A stretch of DNA of 28,781 bases, from the NCBI GenBank assembly GCA_964453485.1, contig CAYVOJ010000002.1:1-28781 (forward strand), written 5' to 3'. Of this stretch, positions 1 through 7,370 are shown piece by piece (the stretch's first letter is position 1; every line of letters begins with the position of its first letter). The notes under the pieces were generated by a model that was given only the letters and a program-made list of their open reading frames with translations, ran no database searches and had not been told where the DNA came from. Position numbers and translations under genes: made by a program. The stretch comes from an uncultured Candidatus Saccharibacteria bacterium. Lineage in GTDB: Bacteria > Patescibacteriota > Minisyncoccia > Phycocordibacterales > UBA5272.

Positions 1-1
1 T

Positions 2-628
2 ATTTCTGCTTTCCCTCATACGATTGGGATGTATTTTTATACGAGAAACTATTATGATCGGAAGATTGCGGCACTTGAAAGTTCTGTTGAAGAGTTAGAA
101 AATAGAAATGCTCTCCTTGAAGGTATTGCAACTGTCTCACTGTCACACGAAGAAAGTATTTCTAAGAATCTTCATACGGTCGTGCTCTATCCTCTCGGGC
201 ACGATATTACAACATTGTATAACTCAATACTTCTATCAAAAGGATTCAAAGATGGACTTCAGGCAGGAATGGTAGTCTATGTTCGTGGTCGCCAAGGAGT
301 TTGTGTTATTGAAGAGGTTCATGCAGTCACTGCACGGTGTACATTGCTTTCTTCTGGTGGGGTAAAAACAGAAGGGGTCATTGTGAATGCTTCGTCAACA
401 GAGGTTTTGCCGTTAGAAGGTGATGGTGGCGGCTCATTCATTGCTTCGGTTCCTAAGGGTGCAAACATTTCTCTTGCGAACACGGTCGTATACAAAGCTG
501 ACCCAACCATAAAACTCGGGACTGTTGTAGATATACAGGATGACCCACAAGATGTTTTTATGCGTGTTTATATACGAGGGGCATATAATCCAGTTACTGC
601 ATCAATTTTCTATGTCGACAAGGAGTAA
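2..628 (+). CDS. mreC: Rod shape-determining protein MreC (5' partial)
   Basis: Frame is open from position 2, so the ORF-track ATG at 29 is probably internal. Coiled-coil followed by the MreC beta-domain pattern (SILLSKGFKDGLQAGMVVY...GVCVIEEV; LEGDGGGSF; GTVVDI...VYIRG). Lies upstream of a PBP2 gene. Confidence 0.85.
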   Translation: MSAFPHTIGMYFYTRNYYDRKIAALESSVEELENRNALLEGIATVSLSHEESISKNLHTVVLYPLGHDITTLYNSILLSKGFKDGLQAGMVVYVRGRQGVCVIEEVHAVTARCTLLSSGGVKTEGVIVNASSTEVLPLEGDGGGSFIASVPKGANISLANTVVYKADPTIKLGTVVDIQDDPQDVFMRVYIRGAYNPVTASIFYVDKE

Positions 629-776
629 AATACTTTTGTATAGCCTAAGTATTACAAGTGCATTTCTGTATGATGTGCTTTTTTCAACAACACGATATCC
701 AATAATACTTCTTCTGGTGTGTGGTATAGTACTAGTCTATGAACGTGTTTCGCCTCTTATCTACTCGTCGCGCTAA
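612..776 (+). CDS. Small 54-aa two-TM membrane protein at the mreD position (candidate minimal MreD-like)
   Basis: C-terminal part of ORF 540..776, taken from ATG 612 (CT-ATG context): MSTRSKILLYSLSITSAFLYDVLFSTTRYPIILLLVCGIVLVYERVSPLIYSSR. Two hydrophobic segments. Overlaps the mreC end and the mrdA start. Confidence 0.45.
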   Translation: MSTRSKILLYSLSITSAFLYDVLFSTTRYPIILLLVCGIVLVYERVSPLIYSSR

Positions 777-2436
777 GCAAGCTGAGTCTCACGAAATTGA
801 TCCAGAAGATGTGTTCCTGGACAGTCAAAATCTTTCTAAATTAAATATTCACCAAATGGAAGGCCAGCTTGTTCGTCCTTTAGGTGTACTTCCTTATTAT
901 GCAACGATGGCAGTTATCGTTCTTCTTATTGGTTTTGCTGGCGTGCGACTATTTGGTATGCAAATTGTAAACGGTGATGTATACAAAGAAAAAGCAGATA
1001 ATAACCACCTCAAAGCAACACCATTGTTTGCCCTTCGAGGTACGATTCATGATCGCAACAATGTTTTACTTGCTTGGAACACGCAAGCAACTTCAACGAA
1101 TGAGATACCTCGTCGTGCATATATAACAACAGAAGGCTTTTCGCACATCCTTGGATATGTAAGCTATCCTAAAAAAGATCAAAGTGGTATTTTTTGGCAA
1201 GATGAGTACATAGGAAAAGATGGTGTAGAAAAACAGTACCAAGATAGACTGCAAGGAATTAGTGGCAAGCGAGTGCTTGCCATTAACGCACTTCATCAAG
1301 TAGAGGCAGAAAATGTTATTTCGCCACCAGTTAACGGTGAGAATATTCAATTGACAATAGATAAAGATGTTCAGGCGAAGTTATATGAGCAGATCAAAGT
1401 ACTTGCGCACAAAGCACCATTTACAGCAGGTGCTGGAGTGATTATGGACGTGCATACTGGTGCAATTCTGGCACTTGTTAGTTATCCTGAGTACGATAAC
1501 AATCTTATGACGAATGCTAGTACAACCGAAGAAAAAGCGGCCGTTCGTCGTGAACTGATAGACCCACGACATACATTGCTGAATCGTGCCGTTACAGGGC
1601 TTTTTACTCCAGGATCAACGGTGAAGCCCTTCGTGGCATTGGCTGCACTCATGGAAAATATTATTACTCCAGAAAAAAATATTTACAGTTCTGGACAACT
1701 TGTTATTAAGAACAAGTATGGTGGACCAGATACGATTTTTCGAGACTGGAAGCCGCACGGATATACAGATATGCGAAAGGCTATCGCTGATTCTTCTGAT
1801 GAATACTTTTATCAGATCGGTGGTGGATTCCAAGATCAGAAAGGGTTGGGTATTTATAAAATAAAAGAGTATGCGGAGATGTTTGGTTTCGCGACAACAA
1901 CAGGAATAGATTTGCCTGCCGAAGAGTACGGAACAATACCATCGCCTGAGTGGAAGCAGAAAGTCTTCAAACAGGATTGGCTACTTGGTAATACCTACCA
2001 CACATCTATCGGCCAATACGGCTTTCAAATCACTCCACTTGAACTTGTCCGTGGAGTAGCAGCACTCGCTAACGGGGGATATTTAGTAACACCGCATGTT
2101 GTAGAAGCAGGGGCAACTGCAAGTACATCGCTACACCTCGAAGAAAAAAATCTTAAAATTATTCGTGAAGGTATGCGTCAAAGTGTGACACAAGGTATTG
2201 GAGGTGCTCTTGCTATCCCTGGAGTTTCTGTAGCATCAAAATCAGGTACCGCAGAACTTGGCTCAAGGAAAGAAATTGTAAACTCGTGGATTAGTGGTTT
2301 CTTTCCCTACGAACATCCAAAGTATGCCTTTGTGGTCATTATGGAAAAAGGGGGACAGCACAATCCGCGTGGGGCTGTCTTTGCTATGAGAGAGACATTA
2401 GAATGGATGCGTGACAACACGCCTTACACCAAGTAA
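739..2436 (+). CDS. mrdA: Penicillin-binding protein 2 (class B transpeptidase)
   Basis: N-terminal TM, PBP dimerisation domain (RGTIHDRN), transpeptidase motifs STVK, SSD and KSG, adjacent to mreC. Confidence 0.9.
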   Translation: MNVFRLLSTRRAKQAESHEIDPEDVFLDSQNLSKLNIHQMEGQLVRPLGVLPYYATMAVIVLLIGFAGVRLFGMQIVNGDVYKEKADNNHLKATPLFALRGTIHDRNNVLLAWNTQATSTNEIPRRAYITTEGFSHILGYVSYPKKDQSGIFWQDEYIGKDGVEKQYQDRLQGISGKRVLAINALHQVEAENVISPPVNGENIQLTIDKDVQAKLYEQIKVLAHKAPFTAGAGVIMDVHTGAILALVSYPEYDNNLMTNASTTEEKAAVRRELIDPRHTLLNRAVTGLFTPGSTVKPFVALAALMENIITPEKNIYSSGQLVIKNKYGGPDTIFRDWKPHGYTDMRKAIADSSDEYFYQIGGGFQDQKGLGIYKIKEYAEMFGFATTTGIDLPAEEYGTIPSPEWKQKVFKQDWLLGNTYHTSIGQYGFQITPLELVRGVAALANGGYLVTPHVVEAGATASTSLHLEEKNLKIIREGMRQSVTQGIGGALAIPGVSVASKSGTAELGSRKEIVNSWISGFFPYEHPKYAFVVIMEKGGQHNPRGAVFAMRETLEWMRDNTPYTK

Positions 2437-2497
2437 TACAAATAATATTTGTCAATGCTGCTCATGAACGCACTTTATGGTATTATAGATAACCTCT

Positions 2498-2953
2498 ATG
2501 GAATATTTAACACTCGAAAAGAAAACAGAACTTGAGAACGAATTAAACACTTTAAAAACAGTACGTCGTAAAGAAGTTGCAGACGCTCTTCTCTATGCAA
2601 AGTCTCTTGGCGATCTTTCTGAAAACGCAGAATATCATCAGGCGCGTGAAGATCAGGCCAACTGCGAGGAGCGTATCGCTCACCTAGAACAGATCCTTAA
2701 AAATGCAGTGATTATGGATAAACATCACGCTGGTGTCGCAGAAGTAGGGACAACAGTAACTGTTCTTAAAAAAGGTGATAAAGCAGAAAAAGCTTTCACG
2801 CTTGTTGGAAGTGAAGAAGCTGACGCTCTCTCTGGGAAAATTTCAAATGAATCACCACTTGGTTCAGCACTTCTTGGAAAAGCAAAAGGGGATACAGTAA
2901 CGGTAACTACTCCAAAAGGAGACGTTATCTACACAATCAAAGCAATAGCATAA
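2498..2953 (+). CDS. greA: Transcription elongation factor GreA
   Basis: GDLSENAEYHQARE motif and C-terminal ISNESPLGSALLG. Confidence 0.97.
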   Translation: MEYLTLEKKTELENELNTLKTVRRKEVADALLYAKSLGDLSENAEYHQAREDQANCEERIAHLEQILKNAVIMDKHHAGVAEVGTTVTVLKKGDKAEKAFTLVGSEEADALSGKISNESPLGSALLGKAKGDTVTVTTPKGDVIYTIKAIA

Positions 2954-2955
2954 TA

Positions 2956-3054
2956 TAGATTAAGAAGACAGATATCAGACACCAGAAACAAATCTCCTAA
3001 AAAAGAGGTTTGTTTTTGTATTTCTGACTTCTGATACCTGTCTTCTGTAATCTA
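2956..3054. terminator. Long imperfect inverted repeat, probable terminator, built from 7-mer units
   Basis: tagatta.agaagacag.tatcaga...aaacaaatctc pairs with gaggtttgttt...tctgatacctgtcttct.taatcta. CAGA recurs at 2969/2976/2983 and CTG-core heptads run 3022-3049. Confidence 0.6.
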
Positions 3055-3078
3055 TGGATATGATATAATTATATCCAT

Positions 3079-4536
3079 ATGGCATCTATCGAAGAACTGC
3101 GCGCTGAGCGTCTTAAAAAATTACAAGCTCTACAAGAAAAAGGGGTTTCTGGATATCCGAGCGTTTCTCGTCGTACTCATGAACTTCATGAAGTTATTCG
3201 AACGTTTGCAAAATTAGCAGAAGATGCTGTGCAGGTGATTGTTTCAGGACGTGTCATGTCTTCACGTGGACAGGGCGCACTTGTATTTATCGATCTCTAT
3301 GACGGAACAGCCAAACTTCAAGCGGTTATCAAGTTGCCAGAGTCTAGTGAAGAGACACTACAATTTTACAAAGACTACGTAGACACAGGAGACTTCATTG
3401 AAGTAACAGGAACACTCTTTGTAACAAAGTCAGGGCAAGAGAGTGTCCTTGTGAATTCAATTGCAATGCTTTCCAAGTCACTTCTTCCTCTTCCTGATAA
3501 GTATCACGGTATCCAAGATGAAGAACTTCGTATGCGTGAGCGGTACTTAGACATCCTAACTAATCCCGAACTTCGTGAGCTCTTTGAGAAGAAATCAAAA
3601 TTCTGGGATGTAGTGCGTTCTTTTTTGAAAGAGAAGAAATTTCTTGAAGTTGAAACTCCAACACTTGAAGTTACAACAGGTGGTGCAGAAGCTCGGCCAT
3701 TTGCGACACATCACAATGATTTTGATCTTGATGTTTTTATGCGTATCTCTATCGGCGAACTTTGGCAAAAGCGTCTCATGGCTGCAGGTTTTCCAAAGAC
3801 TTTTGAAATTGGACGTGCGTACCGCAATGAGGGTTCATCACCTGACCATCTTCAAGAATTTACAAATTGTGAATTTTATATGGCATATGCTGACTTTGAG
3901 GATGGTATGAAGCTTGTTGAAGAGCTTTACCGTACGATTGCAAAGGAAGTATTTGGTACAACGACATTTACTACACGTGGACATACTTTTGATTTGAGTG
4001 AACCTTGGGCACATATTGATTATCACGATGAGATTCTGAAGCAGACAGGTATTGATATCATACAAGCAACTGATGAAGAAATTGTTCATAGGCTTCAAGA
4101 GCTTAAGGTAAAGTATGATGGTATAAATCGTGAGCGTCTTACTGATACCTTGTGGAAGTACTGCCGAAAGAATATTTCAGGTCCAGCATTTCTTATCAAC
4201 CACCCGCTTTTAGTTGCGCCACTTGCTAAGCAGAATAAAGACGGCATAACTGCCCAGATCTTTCAGCCGATCTTAGCTGGTAGTGAACTTGGAAAAGGAT
4301 ATTCAGAGTTAAATGATCCAATCGATCAGCGTGCACGTTTCCAGAAGCAGCAAGAGTTACTTGCAGGAGGAGATGAAGAGGCGATGATGGCGGATGATTC
4401 ATTTATCGAGATGCTTGAGCATGGTATGCCACCAACATGTGGATTCGGCTTCGGTGACAGACTCTTTGCATTCTTTGCAGGGTTACCTATACGAGAGACT
4501 CAAATGTTCCCACTCGTAAAACCAAAGCATAACTAA
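3079..4536 (+). CDS. lysS: Lysine--tRNA ligase (class II)
   Basis: OB-fold anticodon domain (GRVMSSRGQG, FIDLYD), RERYLD, FEIGRAYRNEG, EFTNCEFY, GMPPTCGFGFGDRL. Confidence 0.97.
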   Translation: MASIEELRAERLKKLQALQEKGVSGYPSVSRRTHELHEVIRTFAKLAEDAVQVIVSGRVMSSRGQGALVFIDLYDGTAKLQAVIKLPESSEETLQFYKDYVDTGDFIEVTGTLFVTKSGQESVLVNSIAMLSKSLLPLPDKYHGIQDEELRMRERYLDILTNPELRELFEKKSKFWDVVRSFLKEKKFLEVETPTLEVTTGGAEARPFATHHNDFDLDVFMRISIGELWQKRLMAAGFPKTFEIGRAYRNEGSSPDHLQEFTNCEFYMAYADFEDGMKLVEELYRTIAKEVFGTTTFTTRGHTFDLSEPWAHIDYHDEILKQTGIDIIQATDEEIVHRLQELKVKYDGINRERLTDTLWKYCRKNISGPAFLINHPLLVAPLAKQNKDGITAQIFQPILAGSELGKGYSELNDPIDQRARFQKQQELLAGGDEEAMMADDSFIEMLEHGMPPTCGFGFGDRLFAFFAGLPIRETQMFPLVKPKHN

Positions 4537-4549
4537 TAAATCATCCCAC

Positions 4550-4660
4550 CTACGTTGTTGTTACGGAATTTTTCTCAGTCAACGTACTTGTTGTACGTCT
4601 CCTTCAAAAAATCCTAGACTCATAGTATCTAGAATAATTTCTTAGTTATGTACGATGAGT
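4550..4660. repeat. Structured palindromic intergenic element (REP-like or ncRNA candidate)
   Basis: Outer stem ggaattttt (4565-4573)/aaaaaatcc (4606-4614) encloses acgtac-ttgtt-gtacgt (4582-4598). A second hairpin is closed by actcat (4618-4623)/atgagt (4655-4660). Confidence 0.4.
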
Positions 4661-4667
4661 AGATTAG

Positions 4668-4718
4668 ATGGGGAAAAAGAAAAGCGTGACCAAAGGTCGC
4701 GCTTTTCTTTTTCCCCAT
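4668..4718. terminator. Bidirectional terminator-like hairpin, 24-bp arms
   Basis: atggggaaaaagaaaagcgtgacc-aaa-ggtcgcgcttttctttttccccat, with one G-U position. Confidence 0.75.
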
Positions 4719-4789
4719 AAGTGTAGTAGGATTCTACATTGAACCCCGTAAGGGAATGTACAACCACTTAGTTTCTGAAAGGAAACACT

Positions 4790-5389
4790 ATGATATCTCA
4801 CGAATTGGAAGTCATCCTACATATGGTCTTTACGGAGGCAAGACGCCAGCGTCACGCGCTGATTACGGTGGAGCACTTACTTCTTGGGCTTCTTCAAGCG
4901 GAAAGTGCACGGGAAGGATTGCTCGCTTGTGCTGTCGACATTGAAGGCTTGCGCAAGTCGTTAGCTGACCATATCAAGGAAAGTACCCCACTGGTTAGCG
5001 GCGATGATGAGGCAGATACTCAACCGACATCTGGTTTCCAGTGCGTCATACAACGCGCCATTAGTGATGTTCAATCCTTGTATGGTGGCGCAAGAGAAGT
5101 CTCTGGGGTCAATGCTCTTCTGTCAGTTTTTTGTGAGACCAACTCTGAGGCTGTCCGTCAATTGCATATACGCGGTATAAGTCGGCTTGATATAGCCAAC
5201 TTTATATCTCGTGACACCACCAAAGATGGCAGCCAGACAGCTATTTCTTGTGAAGTATTTATTTCTCACCGATGGACGAGAAAAGAGATTGAAGGCCTCG
5301 TTGAGACTGTTCCTCCTGACATGAGGACCAGGATTGAGGCTTTCTTTCAGCAGGGTCAGCGTAATGCGAGGGGAAGCCACGTTCGCTAA
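4790..5389 (+). CDS. Stand-alone ClpA N-terminal (Clp repeat) domain protein with a short unrelated tail and no AAA+ domains
   Basis: Residues 1-~145 follow the proteobacterial ClpA N-domain (ELEVILHMVFTEAR..RH..ITVEHLLL; DTQPT.GFQ.VIQRA; EVSG.N.L; SRLDIANFIS). Stop after 199 aa, no Walker motifs, own terminator. Confidence 0.85.
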   Translation: MISHELEVILHMVFTEARRQRHALITVEHLLLGLLQAESAREGLLACAVDIEGLRKSLADHIKESTPLVSGDDEADTQPTSGFQCVIQRAISDVQSLYGGAREVSGVNALLSVFCETNSEAVRQLHIRGISRLDIANFISRDTTKDGSQTAISCEVFISHRWTRKEIEGLVETVPPDMRTRIEAFFQQGQRNARGSHVR

Positions 5390-5409
5390 GTGTTTTGTGC
5401 TCGATTTCC

Positions 5410-5440
5410 AAAAGGTTCGTCATAAGATGAGCCTTTTTTG
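5410..5440 (+). terminator. Intrinsic terminator
   Basis: aaaaggttcgtc-ataa-gatgagcctttt plus T tract, just after the stop at 5389. Confidence 0.7.
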
Positions 5441-5478
5441 TATTTCTTTAAAAATTTAAAATTAGAAACTAAAAATTT

Positions 5479-5524
5479 CCTGAAAATGAGGTTTTACACG
5501 GTTATGTAAAACCTCATTTTCAGG
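5479..5524. repeat. Perfect 20-bp inverted repeat
   Basis: cctgaaaatgaggttttaca-cggtta-tgtaaaacctcattttcagg. Confidence 0.9.
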
Positions 5525-5560
5525 TTGTCCACACCTATTTCCTAGGTTTTTAAGAGATAA

Positions 5561-5596
5561 GTGGAGTATAATGGTTGTTAGTGGGGGAAAGTGGGA
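5561..5596 (+). promoter_or_regulatory. mraZ promoter with MraZ-binding (dcw) boxes
   Basis: GTGGAG (5561), ATGGTT (5571, degenerate), GTGGGG (5581) and GTGGGA (5591) at 10-bp spacing, overlapping TATAAT (5567-5572). Matches the known GTGG-repeat MraZ operators. Confidence 0.75.
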
Positions 5597-5670
5597 GCTT
5601 TCCAAAAGTCATGGACTTTTAGTTGTATTGAGTTTTGTTTTCCCTCATTGCACCCTACTCACTACACCCT

Positions 5671-6105
5671 ATGTTAATTGGCCAATACAAACACGACCTC
5701 GATCCAAAGAAACGACTGACGCTACCTTCAAAGTGGCGTACGGACTTGGGGAAGAAAGTGGTTGTAACCAACGGACTAGATAGTTCTCTTTTTGTTTTTC
5801 CAGTTAAAGAGTGGGAGAAGGTTGCTGAAAAGTTATCACAAACTGGTTTTGGAAACAAAGATACTCGAGATTTTAATCGTTTTATCTTAGGGAATGCTTT
5901 CGAAACAGATGTTGATGCAGCAGGGCGTATCGTTATTCCAGACACTCTTAAAACATTTGCTAAGCTTTCGACAAAAGTCGTTATCGCGGGTATGCACTCA
6001 CGTGTAGAAATCTGGGACGAAGATGCATGGAATGCATTTACGACAAAAGTTAGTGGCGAAGCAGATGTTCTCGCAGGAAAACTAAGTGAATTAGGAATTC
6101 TTTAG
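5671..6105 (+). CDS. mraZ: Transcriptional regulator MraZ
   Basis: MLIGQYKHDLDPKKRLTLP, DAAGRIVIP, GMHSRVEIWD. Start set at ATG 5671 by family N-terminus (ORF track starts at 5635). Confidence 0.95.
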   Translation: MLIGQYKHDLDPKKRLTLPSKWRTDLGKKVVVTNGLDSSLFVFPVKEWEKVAEKLSQTGFGNKDTRDFNRFILGNAFETDVDAAGRIVIPDTLKTFAKLSTKVVIAGMHSRVEIWDEDAWNAFTTKVSGEADVLAGKLSELGIL

Positions 6106-6156
6106 TGTGAAACATGCTTTTATTTTTAAAAATTTCAAATTAAAAATTATATAAGT

Positions 6157-7050
6157 ATGTCTCACATTCCAGTACTTTTACATGAATCTATAGAAGGCTT
6201 GAACCTGAAGAAGGGTGGCATCTATGTAGACTGCACCACAAATCGTGGAGGGCATTCTTCTCTCATAGCTAAAGCTATTGGCAAGACCGGTACACTTGTG
6301 TGTATTGATTTAGACCAAGAAGCGCTTGCTCAAGCAGAAAAGAAATTACGAGCACCGAAGACTGCTCCAACTCTCTACTTTGTTAATTCAAACTTTCGTC
6401 GTCTCGGAGATATTCTAAAAGAACTAGATATTCAAAAAGTTGATGGAGTTCTCGCAGACCTCGGTCTTTCTTCAGAAGAGCTTGATGAGTCAGGTCGTGG
6501 ATTTTCTTTTCGCTTTGACGAGCCGCTTCAAATGACATTTGCTGCGAAGCCAGATGATACCCAAACTACAGCTCACGATATTGTGAACTATTGGAGTGAA
6601 TCTACAATCGCAGATATTCTCTTTGGTTTCTCAGATGAAACATATGCACGCAGAATTGCGAGACGCATTGTAGAAAAGAGAGAGCAAGAAGAGATTAAGA
6701 CCACTCATCAACTTGTCGACATTATCGCTAGTGCTGTTCCGGCGCTCTACCGTCACCGCAAAACTCACTTTGCGACAAAAACATTTCAAGCACTGCGCAT
6801 GGCAGTAAACGACGAATTAGGAAGTATTAATGATTTGATTGAAACACTTCCAAACGTTCTCGTCACAGATGGACGAGCATGTATTATCACCTTCCATAGT
6901 ACGGAAGACCGTATCGTTAAACAGGGTCTCCGGGCACACAGTGAAACATTACGAGCAATTACTAAAAAAGCAATACTTCCAACCAAAGAAGAGGCAGAAA
7001 TAAATCCACGAGCACGCAGCGCACAACTAAGAATCGTAGAAAGAGTATGA
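6157..7050 (+). CDS. rsmH: 16S rRNA m4C1402 methyltransferase RsmH
   Basis: DCTTNRGGHS, DLGLSS, RGFSF, FQALRMAVNDEL, ITFHSTEDRIVK, NPRARSAQLR. Follows mraZ. Confidence 0.96.
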   Translation: MSHIPVLLHESIEGLNLKKGGIYVDCTTNRGGHSSLIAKAIGKTGTLVCIDLDQEALAQAEKKLRAPKTAPTLYFVNSNFRRLGDILKELDIQKVDGVLADLGLSSEELDESGRGFSFRFDEPLQMTFAAKPDDTQTTAHDIVNYWSESTIADILFGFSDETYARRIARRIVEKREQEEIKTTHQLVDIIASAVPALYRHRKTHFATKTFQALRMAVNDELGSINDLIETLPNVLVTDGRACIITFHSTEDRIVKQGLRAHSETLRAITKKAILPTKEEAEINPRARSAQLRIVERV

Positions 7051-7364
7051 CACAACACACACACTACCAATTTACATATACAAAAATCGTTCACACTATG
7101 CTTGCGACACTTGCCGCACTTGCTGTTGTGTATTGTGTTGTCTTACTCTCCCTTGTGTTTTCAGTTATTGAGCGAAAGCAAAATATGCTAGCTTCAAAGG
7201 ATCTCTCGTCTCAGTTAAGTGCACTTGAGACGCAGTATGCAAACGAAATCGCTCAGATAGATGACTCTGTTCTTCGTAAGCATAATTTTACTCGTATTGA
7301 TAATGCAACGTTTGCTGTCCGTAAAGATCCTATCGCTAGTTTTTCAGTTTTATACACACGATAA
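7047..7364 (+). CDS. FtsL-like cell division protein
   Basis: Single TM followed by a heptad coiled-coil, between rsmH and ftsI. The call is mainly positional. Confidence 0.6.
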   Translation: MTQHTHYQFTYTKIVHTMLATLAALAVVYCVVLLSLVFSVIERKQNMLASKDLSSQLSALETQYANEIAQIDDSVLRKHNFTRIDNATFAVRKDPIASFSVLYTR

Positions 7365-7370
7365 CGGGCT

